Below, piece after piece: positions 25,874 through 38,428 of a stretch of DNA of 64,000 bases. Every line of letters starts with the position of its first letter. The first letter of the stretch is position 1. The DNA is from Octopus sinensis. Lineage: Eukaryota. Under the pieces are notes generated by a model, which was given only the letters and a program-made list of their open reading frames with translations, did no database searches and had not been told where the DNA came from. The translations under genes and the position numbers were made by a program. The DNA is taken from contig NC_043004.1 of NCBI RefSeq assembly GCF_006345805.1, forward strand, positions 30,752,001-30,816,000, given 5' to 3'.

Positions 25874-26107
25874 TTGTTGGATAACCTATTTCTTTACTAC
25901 CCACAAGGGGCTAAACACAGAGGAGACAAACAAGGACAGACAGATGGATTAAGTCGTTTATATCGACCCCAGTGCGTAACTGGTACTTAATTTATCGACT
26001 CCGAAAGGATGAAAGGCAAAGTCGACCTCGGCGGAATTTGAACTCAGAACGTAACAGCAGACGAAATACCGCTAAGTATTTCACCCAGCGTGCTAACGTT
26101 TCTGCCA
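25874..26107 (-). mobile_element. Second SINE family (different tRNA-like head and central domain)
   Basis: Reverse complement TGGCAGAAACGTTAGCACGC..GAGTTCAAATTCCGCCGAGGTCGACTTTGCCTTTCATCCTTTCGGAGTCGATAAATTAAGTACCAG. Related copies lie at ~13020-13160 and 32127-32480. Confidence 0.8.
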
Positions 26108-26939
26108 TGTTAACAGTATTTGGTTCAAGTGATGTGTGTGTCTTGTAAACAATGTAACCAGCAGAGCTAAATAATCATTCACAGGGGACCGAAGTAGCTG
26201 GTATGCACAGAACAGTCTTGGCAAAAAATGCCAATTTTGGATATTGTTGTTCATTAAGTTTCCACCATTGTAGTGGATCAACTGATTCAGCGACTTTTTT
26301 TTTCCATTTTATATTGCTGTACATCATCAGAAGCGTTTTTGATACCCTCTTCTCCATCAGCTTAATACGTTTTCATTAGGTTCACAAATAGTTTTTTTTG
26401 ACACTATCACTATCATCTTGTGCATTAGTCTTCAACCGATCATCATTAACATCAACTGCTATTTGTTGTCCAATAAATTACCAAGTTTGTTCTTTTCAAT
26501 CGTCTGATAAACACTTGAAGTTTTTATATCGTGGATCAAGTGCTGTTGCAATCTATAATATTTCAATACTTTTCATGTCAGCTACACATTTGCTGAATCT
26601 GGCTATATAACCTGGATCATCATCATTTACAGACATGTGCTTTATCAAAGACAATGACAGTGGCAATATATACATATTTTTCACCACCAAGCAGGACTGT
26701 AGCCTGACAGAATAAGTCTAAAATGTTGATGTATTTTGAAATCTTTCCCCAATCAGAATCGACCAGTTTTGGAGCTTGCTTTCCTTCATCTGACATGTAG
26801 ATGGTTGTTGCTTCTCTGGCCTGCAGCAGACTCTGCAACATTATAAAAGTACTGTTCCATCTTGCTGTAGCTTACACAATGGTGAATCACTACAATTCTG
26901 CAATTCACTTGTGTTGGTAGGTATATGTTTAAGATGTCC

Positions 26940-27350
26940 TCTTTTACTCTTTTACTCTTTTACTTGTTTCAGTCAGTTGACTGCGGCCATGCTGGAGCAC
27001 TGCCTTTAGTCAAACAACTCGACCCCAGGACTTATTCTTTGTAAGCCCAGTACTTATTCTATCGGTCTCTTTTGCCGAACTGCTAAGTTACGGGGACATA
27101 AACACACCAGCATCGGTTGTCAAGTAATGCTAGGGGGACAAACATAGACACAAACATACATGCACACATATGTATATACATATATACGACGGGCTTCTTT
27201 CAGTTTCCGTCTACCAAATCCACTCACAAGGCTTTGGTCGGCCCGAGGCTATAGTAGAAGACACTTGCCCAAGGTGCCATGCAGTGAGACTGAACCCGGA
27301 ACCATGTGGTTGGTTAGCAAGCTACTTACCACACAGCCACTCCTGCGCCT
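26940..27350 (-). mobile_element. Full-length type A SINE nested in the hAT transposase
   Basis: Colinear with 1854-2263. Confidence 0.9.
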
Positions 27351-28205
27351 ATGATTTTTCAACATTCAACAAACAATGTTTCTGTATTTACAGCTTTAAA
27401 TCTATGCAATATTCTTAGCTGCAGGCTATGAACCAAAAGCAGAATATGAGTAAAACCAGTTTGATTAATAACTGAAACCAAATTTCGTGCATTGTCTGTT
27501 ACTAGAACTTCAATTTTCTTGGTTATATTCCAGTCTTTACAAATTGTTTATATAACTCAACATCATTGTTAGAATAGTCGCATTCAACAACATGCACACA
27601 TTCAAGAATAGCGCTTATTAAATTCCAGTCATCAGCAATCCAATGGCCAGTGATTCCACAATAACTTTCATTACCTAGGGATGTCCAAAAATCAGATTTT
27701 AGTGCAATCGCCTTTGAATTTTCTGCTTCTCTAACACTTTCTCTTTTGCTTTTATAAATATCAGCCAATATTTTATCAATAGTGCGCCGGCAAGGTAGTT
27801 TATATTCGGTATTTTGAAGCGCTGTACGCAATACTTGCTGAAGACCATCATCTTCTACTATCGATATTGGTCTACCACTATAAGCTATCCAGTTGGCAAG
27901 TCATATTTGAATGTCACATTGTATGGTAGCACTCACCGAATGATCAGACCGATGATAAAACTGACCTAAAGTAACCTGCTTGGAGGTAGACGACACCACC
28001 ACTGTAGACTGGCCAAATGAAGATGATTTTGAAGGCTGAGGTTTCGAATACTGTAGCATGTGTTTGTTTTGAAGGTGATAAGTAAGTGATGTGTTAGATC
28101 CATGGTATGTGAATGATTTGTCACAATGAATGCAATAAAAGTTATCAGCAGTTTTGATATTACTGTCAGCCAACAATTTAAATCCAAAATGTTCATGTAA
28201 TAGGC

Positions 28206-28495
28206 CTGATATCATCATCATCATCGTTTAACATCCATTTTCCATGCTAGCATGCGTTGGATGGTTTGACCGGGATCTGGGAAGCCAGGAGACTGTACCA
28301 GGCTCCAGTCTGATCAGGCAGTGTTCCTACAGCTGGATGCGCTTCCTAACGCCAACAACTCCGTGAGTGTAGTGGGTGCTTTTTACATGCCACCGGCATA
28401 GAAACCAGTCAAGGTGGCCCTGGCATCGGCCACGTTCGGATGGTGCTTTTTACATGCCACCAGCACAGGTATCACAACTACAATTTCCAATCTAA
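28206..28495 (-). mobile_element. RTE 3' UTR/tail fragment inserted near the transposase N-terminus
   Basis: (CAT)n followed by TTTAACATCCATTTTCCATGCTAGCATG, the reverse complement of the RTE tail at 39580-39730. Confidence 0.8.
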
Positions 28496-28827
28496 ACATC
28501 ATCGTCATCCATTAGGGTTATATTTCATAACTTGATTCTTCTCCACCGCCAATATACTGTTGTTACTATTGCTTCCCAACTTCCAGAACATTTATTAATG
28601 ATGGGTAGAAAATTAAATTTAAAACTGATTAATAAAAATTTAATTGTTAAAACAAAAATTTAATCATTAAAATAAATCAACAATCAATTGATTAATTAAT
28701 CTTTAAATTCCGCAGCTGTAATATACATATATATATATATATATTATAAGTATACACACACACACATGTACACACACACATACACATGCACACATATATG
28801 TATGTATGTATGATGTATGTATGTATG

Positions 28828-28945
<118 letters not shown>

Positions 28946-28960
28946 CATATATAATATACG

Positions 28961-29990
28961 CTAGTTCAATAGCCTGTCATTGCCAGGCAATTTTTACAAT
29001 AGAATGCCTTATATAAATTGTTATTTATTCCATGTCAGAGCATGCTTGCCCTGACAGACAGGCCTCTTGATCGGAACAGATTTGTGCAATTTTCCGCCAA
29101 AAAACTTCGTTGAGAATTTTTTTCTTTTTAAATTATTTACATGTCTGTTTAACGATTTCATATGATTTTATTCATTAAAACTTCAGAAGTTCTTACAACT
29201 TTGGTCATCATAATGCTTTGCTTTCATTTGTTTAATAAAAATTCCTTCTCCTAATGATTTTGCTTTCATTTCATGACAGACAGCTATCATGCAGAAAATG
29301 TCAGCTATTATGCAGAAAATGTCAGCTTCCAAATCCTGTTTTCTGATTAAACTTTAAACTTCGGTAACATTTTCTGCAACTTTTCTGGAACAAATAAATA
29401 ACAAAATTGAATTTAAGTGGAAAATTATTTAAATATATCAAATTTTGTAATTTTGACATAATTTTAAAATCTCACAATATGAGACAGCAACAGAGAAGAC
29501 CCTACAAAAGTTGAGAGACAGACACTTATAGGATGTCACACACACACATGTGCACACATTTACAAACATACACACAGGTAATCACAAGTTTAAAATGGTG
29601 TACAGTAGACATATGTATGTATATATATATGTATGTGTGTGTGTGTTTGCGTGTGTGTTGTATTTATGTATTTATGAAACTATGTATGCCTCATCGTGTG
29701 TATATGACAGCTGTATTAACTTTATCATCTCATTGCCACTGCTATTCTCACCTTCACTGTTATAAGTCAACCTTTCCCTCAGACTACTAATTTTTGCAAC
29801 CTCCTCATTTTATCATATATTTTCCCAACACCCCTGAGGGACACATTATAGATTTTTATTGAGATCAAATTAACCTATTATTAAACTGGATGCTAGTGTA
29901 ACATGTATGCAAAATTTCATGAATATTGGTTTGCTGGTTTAGGTTCTAAGATGGTAACAGACAGACAGACAGAAATTGCCATATATATAT
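28961..29990 (-). mobile_element. Non-autonomous Helitron-like element
   Basis: The minus-strand 3' end is a hairpin GCCTGGCAATGACAGGC (28972-28988) followed by CTAG (28961-64). The 5' end is (AT)n-GGCAATTTCTGTCTGTCTG..CATGAAATTTTGCATACATG, as in DINE/HINE-type elements. A second copy lies at 52678-53335. Confidence 0.7.
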
Positions 29991-29996
29991 ATATAT

Positions 29997-31070
29997 CATC
30001 ATCATCATCATTTAACGTCCGTTGTCGATGCTGGCATGGATTGGACGGTTTGACCAGGGCTGGTTAGCTGAAAGGCTGCACCAGACTCCAGTCTGATTTG
30101 GCATGGTTTGCTTTCCTAACATCAACCTCTCCAAGAGTGTAATGGATGTCTATACATGCCACTGGCATGGGTGCCACTTGGGTGACACCGGTATCTACCG
30201 ACTGCAATTTAACTCAGAATGGTGGGTCTTCTCAAGTATGACATAATGTCAAAGGTCTCTGTTATTGCCTCCATGAAGGCCAGCACTCAAAAGGAACTCA
30301 GCCACCTCTCCTCCATGAGGCCCAACACTTGAAAGGAACTTAGCCACTTTGCCTCTGAGAGGCTCAGTGCTAGAAAGGAACTCAACCCCTTTGCTTCTAT
30401 GAGGCCCAATGCTCAAACAGTGCTTTTTACGTGCCACCAGCTTGAGTGCCATTTATGTGACACCAACATCAGCCATGATTATAATTTCCCTTGGCTTGAC
30501 AAGTCTTCTCAAGCACAGCATATAGCCAAAAGTCTCAGTCACTAGTCATTGCCTCCATGAGGCTCAAAGTTCGAAGATCATGCTTCACCACCTCATCCTA
30601 TGTCTTCCTGGCTCTACCTCTACCACAGGCTCCCTCCACAGTTAGAGCTTGGCACTTCATTACACAGTTGTCCTTATCCATATGTATCACATGACCATGC
30701 CAGCACAGTCTTCTCTCTTGCACACCACATTTGATACCTCTTATGCCTAACGTTTTTCTCAGGATGCTTACACTCTGTCAAACATGCACACTGACATTGC
30801 ACATCCAGCAAAGCATACTGGCTTCATTTCTTTCAAGCCTACACCTATCCTTGGCTGTAAAAGCCCAATGTTTCACTGCTATGTAGCATAGCTGTTCACA
30901 CACGCATCATACAATCTGCCTTTCACTCTGAGAGAGAGGTCCTTTGTTGGCAGCAAAGGTAGGAGCTCTCTGAACTTTGCCCAGCCTAATTTTATTCTCA
31001 CAGCTATACTCTCAGAGCATCCACCTCCACTAGTAACTTGGTTGCCCAGATAACAGAAGCTATCTACTAC

Positions 31071-31075
<5 letters not shown>
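29997..31075 (-). mobile_element. 5'-truncated RTE LINE, degenerate
   Basis: (CAT)n tail, 3' UTR, and C-terminal coding sequence homologous to 38706-39200 (GRGRARKT*DEVVKHD-like). Confidence 0.85.
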
Positions 31076-31134
<59 letters not shown>

Positions 31135-31788
31135 ATATATAGTTTTCATGTAGTGTATAGAAAGAACATTCAGCTTGATAGAGTCCATTACTGTCTCAAA
31201 CCTATGCTCCACTCTAGTACCATCCTCAGAGGAGGAGTCAAATTAATAAGCAGCACAGCAAGTTAATGAGCCATTTGCTAATTATATAGTGGTGTCATAT
31301 AGCTTACAGCAGTAATGTGTTACAACTGCATGATAGTATGATACATTACCTATTCACATAGATTACAATATACAACTTGTGACTGAGTACCCACTGGTAA
31401 CCTCTGTTGACCACTACTAGTAATATTGCATTCACAGACAACAAACATAAAATACCATCATTTAAAACATCAAGCTTATTTTGTAAATTAAAAGTATTAC
31501 AGTATACTTTATTATGCTGTTCATCATGTTTCTGAAACCCCAGTATACCACTGATATCTAGTTATTAACATTAAGGATGTAAGTAACTAGGAACATTTCT
31601 TCCGATATTTTTCCGTTACAAATACCTTTCTGCACCTTTTTAATTCTGTCCCATTTTACATTATCTCTACCACACATTCACCCATTTCATATCGAAGCCA
31701 ATGAAGGAGCCTTTACATGGCTACTTGGCCTACTAGAAATAGCAGCCAAATCTCTTTGAAATTACATCTTACTTCATCCTCAGCATAT

Positions 31789-31789
<1 letters not shown>

Positions 31790-31830
<41 letters not shown>

Positions 31831-32070
31831 TTCATGTCTGTATTCTATGCTGGCATGGACTGGACAGTTTGACCAGAGGTGGCAAACTGGAAAGCTGCAC
31901 CTGGTTCCAGGATGATTTAGCTTGGTTTTCACGGCTGGATACCCTTTACCAATCACTTTACAGTACATGCTGGGTGCTTTTAACGTGACACCACACGAGG
32001 AGCACTTTTACATGACACCAGCAGAAGTGCTTTTTACATAACACCAGCACAGGACTTTTGCAGGCCTTAT
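31790..32070 (-). mobile_element. RTE tail fragment
   Basis: (CAT)n, CATGCTGGCATGG and GGTGCTTT..ACGTGACAC repeats. Confidence 0.7.
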
Positions 32071-32126
32071 GATCTTAAAAAATAAAGGACACACTGAATA
32101 ATATAGTCATAAATATTAGACAGATG

Positions 32127-32480
32127 GAAGGCAGCGAGCTGGCAGAAATATTAGCATGCTGAGTTCAAATTCCGCAGAGGTCGATTTTGCCTTTCATCCT
32201 TTTGGGGTCGATAAGTAAAGTACCAGTTGTGTACTGGGGTCAATCTAATCGATTGGCCTCCTCCCCAAAAATTTCGGGCCTAGTACCTAGAGAAGAACGC
32301 ATGCCAGGCAAAATGCTTGGCAGTATTTCATCTGTCTTTATGTTCTAAGTTCAAATCCGTTGAGGTTGACTTTGCCTTTCATACTCTCAGGGTTGATAAA
32401 ATAAGTACCAGTTGAGTACTGTGGGGTGGGGGACAATGTAATTGAGTTACTTAGTTACCCCCTTTAATCGCTGGCCTTGT
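32127..32480 (+). mobile_element. Second-family SINE with a truncated copy of the same family inserted in its head
   Basis: GCATGC is duplicated at 32154-32159 and 32299-32304, bracketing a 5'-truncated copy. The host head resumes with CAGGCAAAATGCTT. Confidence 0.7.
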
Positions 32481-34112
32481 GCTAAAATTTGAAATCAAGG
32501 TTTAAACAGATGGAATAGCCACATCTGGAACATACTTCATCATAAACCTGCTCAATCAGTGTTGACCTGGAGTTAAAAAGCCGCATTGGACATTCATTAT
32601 AAACATATGATGTTCATTGTAGACCTTATAATGTTCTACCCCACCTTTAAGCCATCCTCAGTCTGCCACTACTCTGCAAGTTAACATATTAATGTTTCAT
32701 GTCCATTTACTAAACTGTCTCCAATTTCTGTCTATTCAATAATAATTATTGAATTATTGATTATAATCATTAGATCAATAGATCAATAAGAGCCATTAAG
32801 GGAGTCTTTACATGAATTTTGAACTTGCTAATAATAGCAGCCAAATCTCCCTCGACTCATACCACCATATTATCTTAAAGGCCACATTAGATTATGCAAC
32901 CTTAGATATTACTCCTAAAATAACAAGATGTTCATAGCTGAAATGTATTTGGTTATAAATCTGCATAGTCAGCCCCTGACCTGGAAATAACAACAACAGC
33001 AACATCAACATGTGATCAATATTTAGCTACCATTCTTCTGTTAATGTTATTTCTTTGTCTGACATTAAAACAACAGATAGTGATTAACAAGATTAACAAA
33101 AGCCACAACTTTATGAACCCTAACCTTCTACAAAAAACAAAAAAAAACAGAAAACGGAATCATTTGTTTCAAACATCTCTTGCCAAATGTAATTCTCACT
33201 GCATGTAAAGATTAACTCATCAAAAAGTCAGTTGTTTATTAGTTCTTCGGTTTGTTTTATAAATTACATTTAGGACCATACTGGGGCACTGCTATGTTCA
33301 TGATAATAAAGAATAATCACAATTGATTTTTGTTGCATGTAAGATCATTTCTCCTTGATTCTTTATATGAACTCTTTTCTTTAAATACTGCCGTCTTTGA
33401 ATAAATAATGTGTACATAGACCAACATTCAGTGACCTGGCTAACATCAATATTCACTAGTTTTACTCCAACTTTAAATAACCATTTGTTAATTTACTATT
33501 AATATACTTAATAAACATTTTGTTAACCATGTACCAGACGAAATACACGGACTTTGTTTCAATCAATTTTGAAGATAATGAAAAATTTAGTAAAATAACT
33601 TGGTCATTAAGCTGGTGTTTGGAAGATAAATTAACACGGTATTTTAATGGAAGGTTTTAATTTAGTTCACTTTAAAGCAGGAAGTTTGTATCATAGAACC
33701 AAGGGCAGTCTCAAGTGGGTTGATATTATGAGGGCTAATGCAGCAATCATGAAAATAATGAGTGAGAAATATTCATGTGAGGAGGACAATATTAGATCAT
33801 CATCATCATCATCATTTTCATCCTCAACATCCATCAACAGCAGCAAACTTTTAATGTCCAGTTTTCCATGTGCACATGTGTCAACTGGAATTCATTGTTA
33901 CAGATTTTCTATGGTGAGATGCCCTTCTTGTACCAAACTCTCATCTGTTTCCAAGTAAAGTAATATTCCAGTCATGGATAAGCATATTTTGCAAAAGACT
34001 GGAAATTAAGGAATCCACTTGTAGGATGTTGACCCTACCATATGATGTCATGACAAGGAAGCACAAATAAACATACACACACACATGCATGTTTATACAC
34101 CCATGTATATAT

Positions 34113-34182
<70 letters not shown>
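34113..34182. repeat. (GATA)n tract abutting the Tx1 3' end
   Basis: Read directly. Confidence 0.95.
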
Positions 34183-34183
<1 letters not shown>

Positions 34184-34386
34184 TGTTTCTTTATTAGCCA
34201 CACAGGGCTGCACACAGATAGAACAAATTACAAGGTAGAGCTTTTCTTTTGAAGGTTTAAAAAAATAAAAAAAAAAAATAAAAAAAAAAAAAATAAAAAA
34301 TAAGAAAAAAATAAAATAAAATAAAAATAAAATAAAAAAGGGGGGGTCGATCAAAAGGGATCGTAAAAGGAGAGAAAGAGGACAAA

Positions 34387-34419
<33 letters not shown>

Positions 34420-37400
34420 AAAAAAAAGGGGGAGAGGAAAAAAAAATTGATCAATAGGGATCGTTATCACAGAAATGTCAATATGAAGTGTAAGGGGGGG
34501 GACAGGTGAGGTTTACCCGTGGAAAGAAAAGCCTACGGAAAAGACCACGGTAACCTCGGTCAATGAAGTCACATGTTATATTTCTTTTTTTTTTTTTTTT
34601 TGCAAATAAGCAACTCTCTGTATTAATTTTTACGGTTCATAGACATAGTCAAGGTGGCTTCGTCATTCATACGTGCCATTCTTGCTACATTCACCCATCT
34701 TTTTTAAAACATTCACTAGACAAAACTTGCCTCTCTACTCTCACTTTTTTCTTCAAGTGATACTTGAAGAAGTTGATGAGAGATTGACCAGAGAGGAAAG
34801 TGTTTGTCTCTAATCCTTTCAGACGCGTCCACCAGATACATTCTTTCGCCATAGCCACAAGTATGATAAAAATAGCTCTTCCTTCCCGTTTGAAGGAAGG
34901 AGGCGTGACGATATTAACGATAGACTCGGCTGATAAACCGACACGTCCCACACGTGACAGCAGTCGTTCGACATAAGCCCACAGGTGGGAAATTGCTGGA
35001 CACTGCACGATTGCGTGCAGAGCGGTTTCGTCGCTCTGCCCGCATCTCGGGCAGGTCGGCCCCGTGTTTCTCGAGCCATGCCTATAGAGCTTATCCCGAA
35101 CGGGTAGCGCTTCTCGGTAGCACCGCCAGGCCAGGGATCTCTGGAAGTTGTCCATAGGTCCCGGGCCGAAAGTCGTTTGAAACAGGCGGGTCAGGTATTC
35201 CTCGTCGACGCCCAGGTTTGCCCCGAGCTCGTCGTCGTACCTCCCCTCCACTAATCCCCTATAGAATGCTTTGGTTGTGTTGAAGTCACTCAAGGTCGAC
35301 CCGGGACGGCAGAGTTGCTTGAGAGCAACGCGACACTCGCGGTGCCATTCGCCCTTCTTCGGCCTCTTTTTGATCCACGACTGTAGTTCGGTCATGGAGA
35401 CGAGTTGCGGGAATGCGTGCCTCACAAACGGCGACCACACCTGTTCACCGTCGTCTACATAGAGCCGGAGATGTCGCAGTCTCAGCGCGTGTCTGCGCAT
35501 CATCAACCACGGCATGCCCAGCCCTCCTTTTAACGGGTGTTGACAGCAAATGGATCGCCTGACCATCGGGACGCATCCTTTCCACAAGAAGCGGAAGAGG
35601 ATGCGTTCTAGTTTGGTGATGGTAGGGTCGGGACAAGGTACGACGGTCAGGCGGTAGTAGATGATGGACGCGATGTACGCGTTCACCACCTCCGCCCGAC
35701 CTTTTAGGGACAGTTTCCTCTCGGCCCATTGCTGGGCGAGAGTGACCACCCTACTCGTTATCTCGTTCCAGTTCTCTCCATTTGGAGGTCCGGACCGAAC
35801 CAGACCCCGAGCAACTCAACCGGGCCGTCTGTCCAGCGTCCCACGACGGAGGTACTGGTGGACGGCATGGGTTTGCTTCTCCAGGTGCCGAGCCGCAAGC
35901 CCACTGACTTTTCCCGGTTGATTTTTGCTCCTGTCACCGCTTCGTAGTCTTTCAGTGTCTCGCCGACCCGCTCGATGTGCTCGTGGCTTGACACTATGAC
36001 GGTGACGTCGTCCGCGTATGCAGACACGCTCGTCCCGCATCCTAATTCTCGCGGGATGCCCCTCAGAGTCGCCAGCTTCCGCAGTAGTGGCTCAAGAGTC
36101 AATACGTATAGAAGCGCCGAGAGGGGGCATCCCTGACGGACCGAACGTGCAATGTCGAAGGGTCTCGATAGATGTCCATTTACGCGAATTACCGAACGGA
36201 TGCCTCTGTACAAGGCAGCTATCCAGCCGCGGAAGACGGGACCGAAACCAGCCGCTCTCAGGACTGCCTCCAAGTATCGATGGTCTACCCTATCAAAGGC
36301 TTTCGATTGATCCAAGTTGATCAGGGCCCCACCCATGCCAGGTTCGTTAACTACCCTGTCTATGATGTAGCGCATCAGATGGAGGTTGTCATGGATGCTC
36401 CGGCCCGGCACGGCGCACGTTTGTGCGTTGTCGACCAGTTTCTCCATGACAAGCGCCAACCTCTTGGCTAACACTTTGTCAAAATTTTCAGGTCTGCATT
36501 GAGCAGAGTGATTGGCCTAAAGTTATCTATAATGTTTCCCTTGTTTGGATCTTTCTTCAGCAGAGTTACAGCTCCTCGACTCACAAAACCGGGTATGCTC
36601 CCGTTTTGCTGCCAGTTGCAGTATACCGCTGCCAAGACGTCTCCAAACAAGTCTGGCATACAATAGTAAAATTCGTAGGGTAGACCATCCAAACCCGGTG
36701 ATTTGTCCCGAGCATTCTGCCATCGCTTCCCGCACTTCCGCCGCCGTGATGGCACCTTCGCAGCACCCTGCCTTTCTTGTCGAGAGTCGTGGCAGGCTAT
36801 GTAGGTAGGCACTGAAGTCTACCCTACGTTCTTGCCCTCCACTCGTCCCGAACAGTCGGGCAAAATGCTGCTGAAAGGCCTCACACATTTTACTTGGCTC
36901 GAGCAATTCGCGCCCCTGTTCATCTACCAGTGACCGAATGGTGGCTTTGTTGCCCTGTTGCGCCTCTGCCACCCGGGCCTCTCTCGCGGCTCCAACACCT
37001 TCGTTCCTTAGAGCACGCATCCTAGCTCTGACAGCACATCCTTCGTGTTTGGCGTTGAAGTGTTGGTCGAGGGCCAACCTCGCCGCCAAAACGTCGGATG
37101 CGATGCCGCTTCTAATTGCCTCTTCTAGCTTCTTAACTAGCTCACCCTCTACTCTATTTCTATCTATGGCTAGTGCTTTGCTGTACCTAATCGCTTCTGC
37201 TTTTACTGCTCTCTTGAGGGCAAACCACCATTTGTTGTTGATGATGGCTCCCGTCAAAGCCCTCTTTACTAGTGTGCTAATCCGGTCTCTGAAAACTTGT
37301 CTGGACGGGAATGATGCGTTCAGTTTCCAGTACCCAGGACCCTGTCTATGTGCCTTATCTAAGTCTAGCGTACACGTCACCAATTTGTGATCCGTGTAGC

Positions 37401-37883
37401 TGACTGTGTGGAATTGTGGACATCCTAAGTTATCCTTGTCTACTGTCCTACACAGTATCCTATCTAGATACGATCTCGACGACCCACTGCGGTTGCTCCA
37501 TGTCCACGTTGGTGCATTTGGGTGGTCGAGTCGGTACCTGTCAGACAGTTGGAATCGTCTGAGCAGGTCTCTGAGGCATTTGCATCCCCTTCTGTTTCTG
37601 TCTCTACCCACGTAGTCTACATGCGTGTCCAAGGTAGCATTCCAATCCCCCACTAAGAGTAAAGGACGAGACGTTCCCAAGAATACTTCTAGACGTCGAA
37701 AGAAATCCGCCCGACCTGTTAAGGGCGGTGCGTAGACTGATACGAGTCGAAAAGCGCACCCATTGCTGCCGTCAACGGTGCGCTTTTCGACTCGTATCAG
37801 TCTACGCACCGCCCTTAACAGGTCGGGCGGATTTCTTCGACGTCTAGAAGTATTCTTGGGAACGTCTCGTCCTTTACTCTTAG
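34183..37883 (-). mobile_element. L1-clade Tx1-like LINE, 5'-truncated within the APE domain, with a fold-back 5' end
   Basis: Markedly GC- and CpG-rich relative to flanks. Contains APE, RT and C-terminal cysteine motifs and a ~430-bp U-rich 3' UTR ending AATAAA (34190-95) then (TATC)n. Confidence 0.92.
34623..37776 (-). pseudogene. Tx1 ORF2 (APE endonuclease-RT-CCHC), four 1-nt frameshifts
   Basis: APE: 'VYAP', 'LVGDWN', 'SYLDRI', 'TDHKLV'. RT: 'KSPGLDGL', 'LDQSKAFDRVDH', 'VRQGCPLS', 'YADD'. C-terminal 'CPRCGQSDETALHAIVQC'. Four ORF pieces join by restoring one base each. Confidence 0.9.
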
Positions 37884-37886
37884 ATA

Positions 37887-38367
37887 GGTTTAAGAGACAG
37901 AACCACCGTCAACTCTATCAACTTTGAACGACATTGAAACAGATTTATAAGACTAAATATCTACAATTACTATTTTGAATCATATACATTAGATAGACTA
38001 CGTGCATTTCATGACAATATATCTATCGATATTGCTAAAATAGAAGGTCTTGAAATTCAATACTATATCGATCCACTACATTGCCAATCATCTGGTCTGG
38101 ATTATATAAAACTATTTTATTATTTACAACCTATATTAAGACATGATAATTAAAATTAAAGTTATACATTTAGAATCACCGAAATCATTTATCTTTACTA
38201 AAAGTGAACATAGATAAAGAATAAAAAAAATAGGAAAAAGAAACATTACCTTATCTTTTTGGTCAGTCCCTTTACTCTCCACAAATTTATCATGGTTTAA
38301 TCTCTTTCATAGATAATATCGATCAAAGCTGATTGAGTTGATTGATGGTGGTTCTGTCTCTTAAACC
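37887..38367. mobile_element. MITE with TA flanks (Tc1/mariner-type, non-autonomous)
   Basis: TA|GGTTTAAGAGACAGAACCACCGTCAA.. and ..TTGATGGTGGTTCTGTCTCTTAAACC|TA. The inverted similarity extends ~55 bp. Confidence 0.8.
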
Positions 38368-38375
38368 TATATATA

Positions 38376-38427
<52 letters not shown>

Positions 38428-38428
<1 letters not shown>

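Larger units (their letters stand above)
25691..28720 (-). mobile_element. hAT (Ac/ZBED1-like) transposon with a decayed BED-finger transposase and three nested retroposon insertions
   Basis: Ends TAGGGCTG.. / ..CAGCTGTA with flanks ATATATAT/ATATACAT (7/8 TSD). Fragments: 'CIHCDKSFTYHGSNTSLTYHLQNKH' (BED finger), 'IALKSDFWTS..YCGITGHWI' (first catalytic D), RWNST upstream of 26841 and '[10 protein letters not shown]'. Confidence 0.85.

Noticed and set aside
27523-28224. Domesticated ZBED1-like host gene
   Set aside because: The transposase is fragmented by stops, frameshifts and three insertions, and retains transposon ends and a TSD.
33647-33958. 103-aa plus-strand ORF
   Set aside because: No recognisable motif; its second half runs through a (CAT)n tail and RTE-type tail sequence.
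36523-37809. 428-aa ORF as an intact protein with its own start
   Set aside because: The N-terminal residues come from the fold-back duplication, the APE domain is 5'-truncated and the C-terminus is out of frame.
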